Assembly (NCBI GenBank): GCA_014360655.1
Contig: JACIXC010000002.1
Location: forward strand, 203,959-267,958
From: Actinomycetota bacterium
GTDB taxonomy: Bacteria > Actinomycetota > Geothermincolia > Geothermincolales > RBG-13-55-18
DNA length: 64,000 nucleotides
Direction of reading: 5' to 3'
The notes beneath the pieces are model-generated. The model was given only the letters and a program-made list of their open reading frames with translations. It ran no database searches and had not been told where the DNA came from. The first letter of the stretch is position 1, and the number at the start of each line of letters is the position of its first letter. The position numbers and the translations under genes are program-made. Shown here one piece after another: positions 1-9,812 of this stretch.

Positions 1-197
1 CCACATCCGCCATACGCAACCTCATCCGCGAGGCGAAGGCGCACCAGATCTACTCCGCCATGCAGGCTGGAGGGCAGTACAAGATGCAGACCATGGACAT
101 GTCCATCGCCGCCCTCTACAAGCGCGGCATCATCTCGTACGAGGTCGCCATGTCCCGCTGCAACAACCGTGACGAGATGGAGAGGCTGATAGGTTGA
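1..197 (+). CDS. pilT: Type IV pilus retraction ATPase PilT, C-terminal fragment (5' end lies outside the window)
   Basis: Frame 3 reads TSAIRNLIREAKAHQIYSAMQAGGQYKMQTMDMSIAALYKRGIISYEVAMSRCNNRDEMERLIG, stop TGA at 195-197. This matches the conserved PilT/PilU C-terminus (IRNLIRE..HQI.S..Q.G...MQT.D). Absent from the ORF track because there is no start codon in the window. Confidence 0.8.
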   Translation, partial: TSAIRNLIREAKAHQIYSAMQAGGQYKMQTMDMSIAALYKRGIISYEVAMSRCNNRDEMERLIG

Positions 198-208
198 CGG
201 TTTGAGCC

Positions 209-1128
<920 letters not shown>

Positions 1129-1138
<10 letters not shown>

Positions 1139-1914
1139 GCAAAACGGCGGCCGTGGCCTGGGGCGTGGTGATGGACGCGCTTCACCGCAAGGTCTTCTAC
1201 GCCGTGCTCGCCTTCACCGCGCTACTCATCCTGCTCGTTCCCATGCTCCCCACGGCGGAGGTCGGGGTACAGCTGGACCTGGCGCGTGAGGCCGCCCTGG
1301 GATTGACCAGCATCATGGCCTTCGTGCTGGCCGTGATCCTGGGAGCGACCATCATCCCGGGGGAGGCGGGGAGGCGCTCCATCTATAACACGCTGTCGCG
1401 CCCCCTGCGTAGGAGGCAGTACTACGTCGGGAAATACCTGGGCGTCCTCGTCGTACTGGCCGCGAGCCTGGCCTTCACCTACCTGGTGGTCCTGGCGTTC
1501 GTGGGGGCGCGCTATCGCGTCCTGAACCCCGGGCTGGCCAAGGCTTTCTTCGCCATCTTCCTGGAGGGCGCCGTCCTGGCCTCGGTGGCCATGCTCGTGT
1601 CCGTGTATATCACTCCCATCCCCGGGGTGCTCCTGACGGGCCTCTTTTACGTTGTGGCGCACGTGAAGGGGGATTTCCTCCACAACGCCATGAGCAACGC
1701 GGAGAACTCCCCGGTGCTGCGCGGGCTCGCGGGCATCTTCTACTACATGTTGCCCAACCTGGAGAGGATGAACATAAACGAGACGGTGGCCCACGGCGAG
1801 AGGATCTTCAGGGTGGGGGCGGTCGAACTCGCCCTCATCTTCGGCTTGGCCGTTTCCTTCATCGTCATCTTTGCCGCGGCGGGAGTCCTCCTCTTCGAGA
1901 GGAAGGACCTGTGA
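1129..1914 (+). CDS. ABC-2 type transporter permease
   Basis: In-frame ATG at 1129 (MEMSKTAAVAW...) inside ORF 967-1914. Multiple hydrophobic spans. The 10-nt overlap with the upstream ATPase gene suggests translational coupling. Confidence 0.7.
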
Positions 1915-2034
1915 GCATGCGCCCCGGGCCGGAACGGTGAAGAGGGGCGCGAGCGGAAAGCATTCTCCCCGGGAGAGGCCTTTTCCGGAAGAGAGGACTT
2001 GTAAGGCGCGGCCGCTGACGGGTAGGAGGGTGCG

Positions 2035-2727
2035 TTGAGAAAGGCGTTGAGAAGCGAGACGCTCGTCCTGGCGGCGGCGCTTCTGCTGCTTGCAACATTC
2101 TTCCAGGCGGCCCTGGACGGGACGCCGGCGGGAACGAAGGGGGACGGGGGCTTCCCCTCCGCAGAAAGCCTCACGCGTTTCCTGGGGGGGATAAGGCAGT
2201 ACCTCGCCTACGTTTACTTCATCAAGGCCGACAAGCTCCATCACACCTACGGCGACGACCGGGAACTCGTGGCGTATTACCTCCTGGTCTCCTATCTCGA
2301 CCCCCATTACGTGGACGCCTATTACGTGGTGAGCGGGCTGATATACGATGCGGGAAGGCACCAGGAGGCGCTGGACTTCGCCCTGCGGGGCGTGGCGGCG
2401 AACCCGGATTCCGCCGACCTCTACGCCGCCCTGGCCGACATATACATGATGGAGGGTCGCAAGGAGGATGCCAGGGAGGCCTTCGAGAAGGCCGCGGCCC
2501 TGCGTGGCAAGTTCGTGGGAAGATATTCCATCCTCAAGGACCTCGCCATAATGTACGGCGCCCTGGGAGACGCGGAGGGCTCGCGGCGGCTCTACCTGGA
2601 GGCGGTTGCGTTCAACATGGTGAGGCTTCTGCGGGAAACGGATACAGAGAAGACGGGAACGCTGGTGAGGCTTATCAACGAGGATTGCGACGTGGCTTTG
2701 CCGGGGGGGTACGAGGGAGGGCTCTGA
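2035..2727 (+). CDS. TPR-repeat protein with N-terminal signal/anchor
   Basis: TTG start 5 nt after SD AGGAGGG. N-terminal hydrophobic segment LVLAAALLLLATFF. TPR-like helical repeats (HQEALDFALRGVAANPDSADLYAALADIYMMEGRKEDAREAFEKAAAL). Confidence 0.6.
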   Translation: MRKALRSETLVLAAALLLLATFFQAALDGTPAGTKGDGGFPSAESLTRFLGGIRQYLAYVYFIKADKLHHTYGDDRELVAYYLLVSYLDPHYVDAYYVVSGLIYDAGRHQEALDFALRGVAANPDSADLYAALADIYMMEGRKEDAREAFEKAAALRGKFVGRYSILKDLAIMYGALGDAEGSRRLYLEAVAFNMVRLLRETDTEKTGTLVRLINEDCDVALPGGYEGGL

Positions 2728-2830
2728 GCCTCCCGGGGCGTTTCCCGTTAAAGGTTGGTGTTGAAATTACGATAAATCAATTGATGGCCTGGCGTAAATG
2801 CTGTAAAGAGCTGTGAACGTCAGGTCAGCA

Positions 2831-2860
2831 TTGACAATATTGTTGAAGATGTTGTATGTG
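2831..2860 (+). promoter_or_regulatory. Candidate sigma70-type promoter upstream of pilC
   Basis: TTGACA (2831-2836), then an 18-nt spacer, then TATGTG (2855-2860), inside an AT-rich island. The perfect 10-bp palindrome ACAATATTGT (2834-2843) overlaps the -35. Confidence 0.35.
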
Positions 2861-2914
2861 TTAATAAAGTAAACGCTTTAGACAGGATGGGCTCGGAAAG
2901 AAGGGGAGGAGATC

Positions 2915-4138
2915 GTGGCGCGCACCTATTCCTACCGGGTGAGGGACCGGCAGGGGAAGATAATTAGCGGCAAGCTGGAGGCCGACAGCGAGCAGGCGGT
3001 ATCCCAGAAACTCCGCGAGATGGGGTATTTCGTCATAGGGGTCGAGGAGGAGAGGGTCCCCATCGCCAAGAAGGAGATACGCATCCTCCAGCCGAAGGTA
3101 AAACCAAAGGACATCACGGTCTTCACGCGCCAGTTCGCGACCATGATCAACGCGGGCCTTCCCCTGGTGAAGTGCCTGAGCATCCTGTCGGAGCAGACGG
3201 AAAGCCCCGTGCTCACGGAGGTGATCGCCGACGTGCAGCACGAGGTGGAGATGGGGAGGTCCCTCTCGGAGGCGCTGTCCAAGCACCCCAAGATCTTCAA
3301 GGACCTTTACACCAGCATGGTAAGGGCCGGGGAGATCGGCGGCGTGCTCGACGACGTGCTGTTGCGTATCGCCACCACGCTCGAGAGCGAGGACGAGATA
3401 AGGAGGCGCATCAAATCGGCCATGACCTACCCGGTCGCCATGTTCGCCATCTCCGTCCTGCTCCTCTTCGTCATGCTCATATTCGTCGTACCCATCTTCG
3501 AGAAGATGTTCCGGGACATGGGCGCCACCCTTCCTTTCCTTACCCGGATCATCGTGGGCATCAGCCATTTCCTGGCAAGCTGGAAGGGAGCGCTGCTCAT
3601 CGTCGCCCTCATCGTGGGTTTCGTCTTCCTGCGCAGGTGGCTCAAGACTCCGGCCGGTCGCCGCAAGCTCGACGCCCTTAAATTGAAGCTCCCCATCTTC
3701 GGGTCGCTGTTCCACAAGATGTCCCTCTCCCGTTTCTCGCGCACGCTGGGGACCCTGGTGGCCAGCGGCGTGCCCATCCTGCAGGCGCTGGAGATAACCT
3801 CCAACACGGTGGGCAACATGCTGGTGGCGGAGGCGGTGGACAACGTTCGCGCCGGCGTCAAGGAAGGGGAATCCATCGCCAGGCCGCTGGGGCAGAGCCC
3901 GCTCTTCCCGCCCATGGTCACCCAGATGCTGGCCATCGGGGAGGAGACGGGAGCCCTGGACACCATGTTGAACAAGGTCTCGGACTTCTATGATTCCGAA
4001 GTGGCGGCGACGGTGGAGGCCCTGACCTCACTGCTCGAGCCCGTACTCATCGTCTTCCTGGGCGTGGTGGTGGGCACCATCGTCATCTCGCTGTACATGC
4101 CCATATTCTCCCTCATATCCCAATTCTCCAAGGGTTGA
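2915..4138 (+). CDS. pilC: Type IV pilus platform protein PilC (GspF/T2SSF family)
   Basis: 407 aa, GTG start after SD GGGGAGGAG. Two T2SSF repeats with GEIGGVLDDVL and GEETGALDTML motifs. Three TM segments in the typical arrangement. Confidence 0.9.
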   Translation: MARTYSYRVRDRQGKIISGKLEADSEQAVSQKLREMGYFVIGVEEERVPIAKKEIRILQPKVKPKDITVFTRQFATMINAGLPLVKCLSILSEQTESPVLTEVIADVQHEVEMGRSLSEALSKHPKIFKDLYTSMVRAGEIGGVLDDVLLRIATTLESEDEIRRRIKSAMTYPVAMFAISVLLLFVMLIFVVPIFEKMFRDMGATLPFLTRIIVGISHFLASWKGALLIVALIVGFVFLRRWLKTPAGRRKLDALKLKLPIFGSLFHKMSLSRFSRTLGTLVASGVPILQALEITSNTVGNMLVAEAVDNVRAGVKEGESIARPLGQSPLFPPMVTQMLAIGEETGALDTMLNKVSDFYDSEVAATVEALTSLLEPVLIVFLGVVVGTIVISLYMPIFSLISQFSKG

Positions 4139-4321
4139 AGAGAAAAGGCCATCGTGGCCGCCACGTACATGCCCTAAGGCTCGGGGGGAAGGCCAGCGCC
4201 AAACGTGCAGGTCCCTGGATAGGCATGGTAAGCGGTTTGCCTTCCCCATGATGGCCGGGGCGGATGGGGCGAAGAGTTGGGCGGTATTGGCGGGGGAGAT
4301 TCCTGTTAATTTTGTCTAATA

Positions 4322-4349
4322 TTGACAACTAGAATTGCTTTTATATATT
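4322..4349 (+). promoter_or_regulatory. Near-consensus sigma70-type promoter ahead of the HTH-pilMNO genes
   Basis: TTGACA (4322-4327), N16, TATATT (4344-4349), inside a strongly AT-rich island (about 4290-4450) in an otherwise ~68% GC context. Confidence 0.45.
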
Positions 4350-4504
4350 CTTTTAATAGTATGTTGGAGATATTAAAAACAGCTAAAGTTTGTTGATGAT
4401 GTTTACGATGAATAATATTGTCTTTTTGCGAGGTGCGCTTTAAGAGGGTATGCGGAAGGAAAGGATGTCGCAAGAGTCGAAGCCAATAAAAGCTTGGAGG
4501 ATAG

Positions 4505-4705
4505 GTGTTGGGGGAGAGTTTCGGCAACAAGTTGTTGACGGTCAACGAAGTGGCTAATATCCTGAGGGTGTCCAACATGACCGTTTACAGGCTGGTGAAG
4601 AGCGGGCAGATACCCGCCATCAGGGTTGGCAAGAATTACCGCATTAAGGAAAGCGACGTGAACGCTTACCTCACCAAGGGAAGCGAGAGGGTGGAGAGAG
4701 GCTGA
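4505..4705 (+). CDS. Small helix-turn-helix DNA-binding protein (excisionase/MerR-like HTH_17 type)
   Basis: 66 aa. LLTVNEVANILRVSNMTVYRLVKSGQIPAIRVGKNYRIKESDVNAYL is the classic excisionase-family HTH signature. SD GGAGGA upstream of the GTG start. Confidence 0.8.
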   Translation: MLGESFGNKLLTVNEVANILRVSNMTVYRLVKSGQIPAIRVGKNYRIKESDVNAYLTKGSERVERG

Positions 4706-4719
4706 TCTCGGGGGGATAA

Positions 4720-5781
4720 ATGAGCCCTAAGAAAGGAAGCGTGGCCGTAGGCCTGGACATCAGCTCCAATTCCGTCAAGGTGGCGGAGGTGACCATCGGG
4801 AAAGGGGAGGCCGTCCTCACCAACCTGGGCATCGTACACATACCCGAGGGAGTGGTGAGAGACGGCGAGGTGGAGGACGGGGTCACCCTGGCGGAGGCGC
4901 TGAAAGAGCTGTGGCCGCTGACGGGGATCAAGAGCAAGTCGGTGACCCTGGGCATCGCCAACCAGAAGGTCATCGTGCGCCCCATCGAGTTGCCTTACAT
5001 GGAGAAGGAGGAGCTGGAAAGCGCCCTCCGCTTCCAGGTTCAGGAATTCATCCCCATACCGGTGGATGACGCCATACTCGACTTCGACATCATCGAGGAG
5101 TTCATGACCGCAGAGGAGGAGCGCATGCTCACGGTGCTCCTGGTGGCCGCCCACAAGGAGATGATACAGAGTTTCATCGAGGTGCTGCGCGCCGCGGGTC
5201 TCTCCATAGCGGCCATAGACCTAAAGGCTTTCGCGCTTCCCCGCTCGCTGATCCCCATGGAGGCGCTGCAGGCCGGTTACGGGGAGGGGGAGGCGCTCTG
5301 CCTCATAAACGTGGGGGCCGGGATAACCAATATAACCATCCTCAAGGAGGGCGCGCCGCGCTTCGCCCGCTTCCTCCTGCGCGGTGGGGATGATTTCGTG
5401 CGCGCCGTCGTCAACAGGCTGGACATGCAGTGGGAGGAGGCGGAGTCGGTGCGCCGGGGCATGATCGTCAATCCCGAAGCCACGGGCGTCCTCGAGCAGG
5501 AGATCGTGAACTTCGTGGGCGAGATACGGCGCTCCATAGATTATTACGTGGCGCAGACGCAGGAAAGGGCCTTCAGCAAGGTGATCCTCTCGGGGAGCGG
5601 GTCGCTCACCGTCAACCTTGCGCAGGAGATGAACAGGGGACTGCGCCTGCCGGTAGAGATAGGGAGGCCTTTCCAGAACGTGCAATTGGGCAAGCTCCCC
5701 TATACACCCGAGGAACTGGCGGAGATAGAGCCCTCGGTGGCCGTGTGCGTGGGCCTGGCGCTTAGGGAGGTGGTTGAATGA
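4720..5781 (+). CDS. pilM: Type IV pilus assembly protein PilM (actin-like ATPase fold)
   Basis: 353 aa. N-terminal GLDISSNSVKVAEV motif, an actin/FtsA-like fold signature, and position directly before pilN. Confidence 0.9.
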   Translation: MSPKKGSVAVGLDISSNSVKVAEVTIGKGEAVLTNLGIVHIPEGVVRDGEVEDGVTLAEALKELWPLTGIKSKSVTLGIANQKVIVRPIELPYMEKEELESALRFQVQEFIPIPVDDAILDFDIIEEFMTAEEERMLTVLLVAAHKEMIQSFIEVLRAAGLSIAAIDLKAFALPRSLIPMEALQAGYGEGEALCLINVGAGITNITILKEGAPRFARFLLRGGDDFVRAVVNRLDMQWEEAESVRRGMIVNPEATGVLEQEIVNFVGEIRRSIDYYVAQTQERAFSKVILSGSGSLTVNLAQEMNRGLRLPVEIGRPFQNVQLGKLPYTPEELAEIEPSVAVCVGLALREVVE

Positions 5782-6614
5782 CCAGGATAAACCTCCTGCC
5801 TCCCGAGATAAAGGAGAAGGTCGAGCAGCCGCGACTGGTCCCCTGGTTCATCCTCATGGGACTGGTGACGCTGGCGATCATCGCCGGGCTCTACTTCCTG
5901 TTCAGCGCGCAGAAGGCGGGCAAGGAGGATACCCTTAAGGAAAAGCGCGCGGAACTCGAGGAACTGCAGAGGCAGACGAAGCCCATAGAGAGGTTCGAGG
6001 CCCAGCAAAGGGAACTGAAGTCGCTGCAGGAACTCTTCATGCAGGCTAACGCGGGCAGGATAGCCTGGGCCCAGATGCTCAACGACCTGGCCATGTACGT
6101 TCCGGAGGGGCTGGCCACCGCCTCCAATCCACGTGCCCCCACCATATGGTTGACCTCGTTGACCATCGACGCGCAGCCGCTGGAGGCCCTCGCGGGAGCC
6201 GCTCCCGGGCAAGCGGCGGCGGGCGGGACGCCCATAGAGATACAGGGTTACGCCACGCCGGCATGGCTGTGCATACAGACCTGGCTGCCCAGGGCCAGCG
6301 ACTTCAAGGCGAAGGGCTTCCTGGACGCCTACCCCTATTATTATTACTTCCGGGGTCACCCCAAGGTGGCGGAGTTTTTCGTGCGACTGCAGAACATGGA
6401 GGAATGGAGCGACCTCTGGATAACGAGCTCCACCCAGACCAATATATCGGAGACGAGGGTGGTGACGGTGGAGACCTCCCCCGGCGTCTTCGAGCGGCAG
6501 GAGGAGTCCTTCTCCGACTGGGCCATACAGTTCACGATAACGGCACGGTGGAACCCCGAGAAGGCCATTTGGGCGGGGGTTTCCGGGAAGGCACCCGAGA
6601 GCACGGGGGGTTAA
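5778..6614 (+). CDS. pilN: Type IV pilus assembly protein PilN (with long C-terminal extension)
   Basis: MTRINLLPPEIKE motif, a single TM (WFILMGLVTLAIIAGLYFLF), then a coiled coil. ATGA overlap with pilM. At 278 aa it is longer than a typical PilN. Confidence 0.85.
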   Translation: MTRINLLPPEIKEKVEQPRLVPWFILMGLVTLAIIAGLYFLFSAQKAGKEDTLKEKRAELEELQRQTKPIERFEAQQRELKSLQELFMQANAGRIAWAQMLNDLAMYVPEGLATASNPRAPTIWLTSLTIDAQPLEALAGAAPGQAAAGGTPIEIQGYATPAWLCIQTWLPRASDFKAKGFLDAYPYYYYFRGHPKVAEFFVRLQNMEEWSDLWITSSTQTNISETRVVTVETSPGVFERQEESFSDWAIQFTITARWNPEKAIWAGVSGKAPESTGG

Positions 6615-6617
6615 GGG

Positions 6618-7202
6618 ATGCGGTTAAGGATCGGCGCCGGTTTGAAGCTGCTGGCAGGAGCGATCGTGTGCGTGATCGTCCTGGTGCTGGGCCTGTTCCT
6701 GATCGTCTTTCCCCAGCGCAACAAGATAAGCGAGGTGGACGCGGAGATAGAGAACATGGAGGCGAGCGTTCAGGCGGAGCAGAACAGGCTCAGCCAGCTG
6801 AAGCAGTACGAAAAGGACCCCGAGCAGTTCACACGGCAGATCGAGGTGATCAAGGAACGCATACCGGAGAACATCGAGCTCGCCGACGTCATCGAGCAGA
6901 TAGATCACGCCGCCGAGGAAGCGGGGCTTGATTTCTACTCCTTCACGCCTTCCATACCCGTGGCGGCGGGCAATTACTACGTGATGACGTGCGAGACCGT
7001 GTTCAACGGAAGGTATTTCAACCTGGTGGAGTTCTTCAACCACATCGAGAGGCTGCCACGCTCGGTGAAGGTGGTGAAGCTGGCCATTAATGAGGCTGAC
7101 GCTGGGCTACCCTACATCCAGGCCACCATCACCATGCGGGTGTTCTTCACCAGCAACCAGGGTATAGAAAAAATCTTGACCACGCCCGGCGCCGGCGGAT
7201 GA
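6618..7202 (+). CDS. pilO: Type IV pilus assembly protein PilO
   Basis: 194 aa. N-terminal TM, a coiled coil (EIENMEASVQAEQNRLSQLKQ), then a ferredoxin-like C-terminal domain. Position after pilN. Confidence 0.8.
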   Translation: MRLRIGAGLKLLAGAIVCVIVLVLGLFLIVFPQRNKISEVDAEIENMEASVQAEQNRLSQLKQYEKDPEQFTRQIEVIKERIPENIELADVIEQIDHAAEEAGLDFYSFTPSIPVAAGNYYVMTCETVFNGRYFNLVEFFNHIERLPRSVKVVKLAINEADAGLPYIQATITMRVFFTSNQGIEKILTTPGAGG

Positions 7203-7229
7203 GCGAAGAGCGGGAAGGGGTTATGTGAG

Positions 7230-7943
7230 ATGGCTGGCACGAAGGAAACGGGTTTCCGCGGGAGCGGAAAAGCCGGCGCCCGTGACGACAGAGAGGGAGC
7301 CATGCACCGGCTGCTGCTGGGGCTTGCGCTTACCCTCATCGTAGTCGTGTCGCTGGTGCTTGCCGCGGAACCGGGCGCGGAGCGCGCGGGCAGGACTACG
7401 CTCTCCCAGGCCATGCTCTCCGGCCGCGGTACGATGGAACTGGACTCGAGCGGCCTGGCCTCGCGCGTGGTGGAGCAGAAGTTCCAGATCCACATGGAGG
7501 AGATGGACCAGCAGATGGGGGAGATCCCCTACGTGGAGGTCTGGGTGCTTAACGACCCCTTCTATCCCCTGATGGGAGAGGTGGGCACCCTGCGCGAGAA
7601 CAGCGGCAACCTCGCCGGCAAGGAATGGCAGATGCTGGGATTCCCCAACTACGAGGAGGGCGGAGGCACCACGACGGGCGCCCCGGTGACATCCGCCCCG
7701 TCCGCGGTGCCGGTGACGACGGACGTGAACCAGAGGGTGGTCATGGTCACGGACATCTACGAGATGAGGGGCATCCGCTACGCGGACATAAAGGTTAACG
7801 ACAACAAGTACCAGAAGCTCAAGGCGGGCAGCGAGTTCGCTGACGTCTTCAAGGTGCAGGAGATAAAGGACACGAGTACGCTCGTCCTGGTCTGTGGAGA
7901 CGAAGCGTACGAGCTGAAGGTGAACCAGCTGCGCAAGATCTGA
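7230..7943 (+). CDS. Membrane-anchored hypothetical protein in the PilP position of the pilMNO operon
   Basis: 237-aa ORF; an alternative start at ATG 7302 gives MHRLLLGLALTLIVVVSLVLA. One TM, a Pro/Thr-rich linker, then a beta-rich C-terminus (VVMVTDIYEMRGIRYADIKVNDNKYQKLKAGSEFADVFKVQEI). Followed by a terminator. Confidence 0.5.
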   Translation: MAGTKETGFRGSGKAGARDDREGAMHRLLLGLALTLIVVVSLVLAAEPGAERAGRTTLSQAMLSGRGTMELDSSGLASRVVEQKFQIHMEEMDQQMGEIPYVEVWVLNDPFYPLMGEVGTLRENSGNLAGKEWQMLGFPNYEEGGGTTTGAPVTSAPSAVPVTTDVNQRVVMVTDIYEMRGIRYADIKVNDNKYQKLKAGSEFADVFKVQEIKDTSTLVLVCGDEAYELKVNQLRKI

Positions 7944-7962
7944 GCGGGAAGAGGGGCGAGGA

Positions 7963-7988
7963 GGGCGGCGCGGAAGCCGCCCTTTTTT
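7963..7988 (+). terminator. Rho-independent terminator ending the pilMNO block
   Basis: GGGCGGC-gcggaa-GCCGCCC followed by TTTTTT. Confidence 0.7.
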
Positions 7989-8104
7989 CATAACGGGAAA
8001 GCCGGAAAACGCTGGAAGGATATGGGAGACGTGGGCCGGCGGAGGATGAAAGCGGTCTGTTATGGTAGATCTCGTATCGTGGTAAGGGAAAGAGGTCGGG
8101 TTCC

Positions 8105-9262
8105 ATGCTGAGGTTTCTCGATGCGGGCGAATCGCACGGACCGGGGATCGTGACCGTCGTCGAGGGGATGCCGTACGGGGTTCCCGTGAGCGGAAAGGCG
8201 ATAGAGGCCGAGCTCGCGAGGAGGCGGCTGGGATATGGTCGAGGCGCCCGCATGGAGCTGGAAGGTGACGAGGTGGAGGTCCTGGGTGGAGTGCGCGGAG
8301 GCAGGACCCTGGGCAGCCCCGTCGCTATGCTGGTGAGAAACGCCGAGTACGAGAAGTGGCGGGAGACCATGCCCGTGGAGGGAGAGGTGATGGCGCGGCC
8401 GCTGACCGCGCCCCGGCCGGGACACGCGGACCTGGCGGGAGCCCTGAAGTACGGGACGCACGATGTGCGGGACGTGCTTGAGCGCTCCTCGGCGCGCGAG
8501 ACGGTGGGGAGGGTATGCGCGGGCGCACTCGCGAAGGCCCTCCTGGCCTGCTTCGACATGAGGCTCTATTCCCACGTCTTGAGGATCGGGACCGTCGCGG
8601 TTCCGGAAGAACGGGGGCTGCCGGCGGAAAGGGAGGTCGCGAAGGCGGACGGGGATCCCGTGCGCTGCTTGGACGGCGAGATTTCGCTGCGCATGCGCGA
8701 GGAGGTGGACCGCGCGAGGGAAGAGGGAGATTCCCTGGGGGGAGTCTTCGAGGTCATCGCCTTCCGGGTTCCCCCTGGGCTGGGCAGCCACGTGCACTGG
8801 GACCGCCGCCTTGACGCACGGCTGGCGGCGGCGATCATGGGCATCCAGGCCATAAAGGGGGTGGAGATCGGAGACGGGTTCCGGCTGGCGGGGATGAGAG
8901 GCAGCGCGGCTGCCGATGCCATAGACCACTCACCCGGACGAGGGTTCCACAGGCTTTCCAACCACGGAGGAGGGCTGGAGGGCGGCATTAGCAACGGGGA
9001 GCCCCTGGTGGTGAGGGCGGCCATGAAGCCCATCCCCACCCTGCGCAGGCCGCTCGCTTCCGTGGACCTGGTGAGCAAGGAGAGGGTGGACGCCGCGGTG
9101 GAAAGGGCGGATGTCTGCGCGGTTCCCGCCGCGGCCGTGGTGGCGGAGTCCGCGGTCGCTCTCGTCCTCGCGGACGCGCTCATGGAGAAGTTGGGCGGCG
9201 ACAGCCTGGAGGAGATGGAAGCGCGCTTCCGGGACCTGCTGGAGCGGCAGAGAGCCTTTTAG
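8105..9262 (+). CDS. aroC: Chorismate synthase
   Basis: 385 aa. MLRFLDAGESHGPG N-terminus and full-length resemblance to AroC. Confidence 0.95.
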   Translation: MLRFLDAGESHGPGIVTVVEGMPYGVPVSGKAIEAELARRRLGYGRGARMELEGDEVEVLGGVRGGRTLGSPVAMLVRNAEYEKWRETMPVEGEVMARPLTAPRPGHADLAGALKYGTHDVRDVLERSSARETVGRVCAGALAKALLACFDMRLYSHVLRIGTVAVPEERGLPAEREVAKADGDPVRCLDGEISLRMREEVDRAREEGDSLGGVFEVIAFRVPPGLGSHVHWDRRLDARLAAAIMGIQAIKGVEIGDGFRLAGMRGSAAADAIDHSPGRGFHRLSNHGGGLEGGISNGEPLVVRAAMKPIPTLRRPLASVDLVSKERVDAAVERADVCAVPAAAVVAESAVALVLADALMEKLGGDSLEEMEARFRDLLERQRAF

Positions 9263-9272
9263 GCATGGAGAA

Positions 9273-9812
9273 ATGTTCATGGAGGGGTCTCGCGGAAGCA
9301 GGCGCAACCTGGCCCTGGTGGGCTTCATGGGCGCGGGTAAGAGCACCGTGGGCCCCTTGCTCGCCTCGCGCCTGGGCTTGACCTTCGTCGACCTCGATGA
9401 GCGCATCGAGGCCGGTGCGGGCATGGACATAGAGGAGATATTCTCGCGCGAGGGAGAGGAGGGTTTCCGCGCGCGGGAGAGCGAGGCGCTGAGACGGGAA
9501 TTACGGGGTCGGGGAAAGGTGATCGCCTGCGGGGGCGGGATAGTCCTCAGGCGGGAGAACGTGGAGCTTCTCAGGGATAGCTGCATGGTCTGCTACCTGG
9601 ATGCGGACATGGAGACACTGCTGCGGAGGCTTGAGGGCGGGGAGGGGCGGCCGCTGCTGCGGGGAGGCGGGCTTTCTCGCAGGGTGGAGGAGCTCATGGA
9701 GGCAAGAAGGGAAAAGTACCGGGAGGCGGCCCATCTCGTGGTGGATGTGGGGGGAAAAAGCGCCGAGGAGATTGCGGGAGAGATAGCGGAGGCATGGAAA
9801 AGATACCGGTAA
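9273..9812 (+). CDS. aroK: Shikimate kinase
   Basis: In-frame ATG at 9273 (alternative at 9279) within ORF 9111-9812. P-loop GFMGAGKSTVG. Confidence 0.9.
   Translation: MFMEGSRGSRRNLALVGFMGAGKSTVGPLLASRLGLTFVDLDERIEAGAGMDIEEIFSREGEEGFRARESEALRRELRGRGKVIACGGGIVLRRENVELLRDSCMVCYLDADMETLLRRLEGGEGRPLLRGGGLSRRVEELMEARREKYREAAHLVVDVGGKSAEEIAGEIAEAWKRYR

Noticed and set aside
4139-4504. A hidden major pilin gene in the pilC to HTH gap.
   Set aside because: No frame contains a G-F-T/S-L-x-E prepilin motif or a credible ORF. The region is better explained as promoter plus leader.
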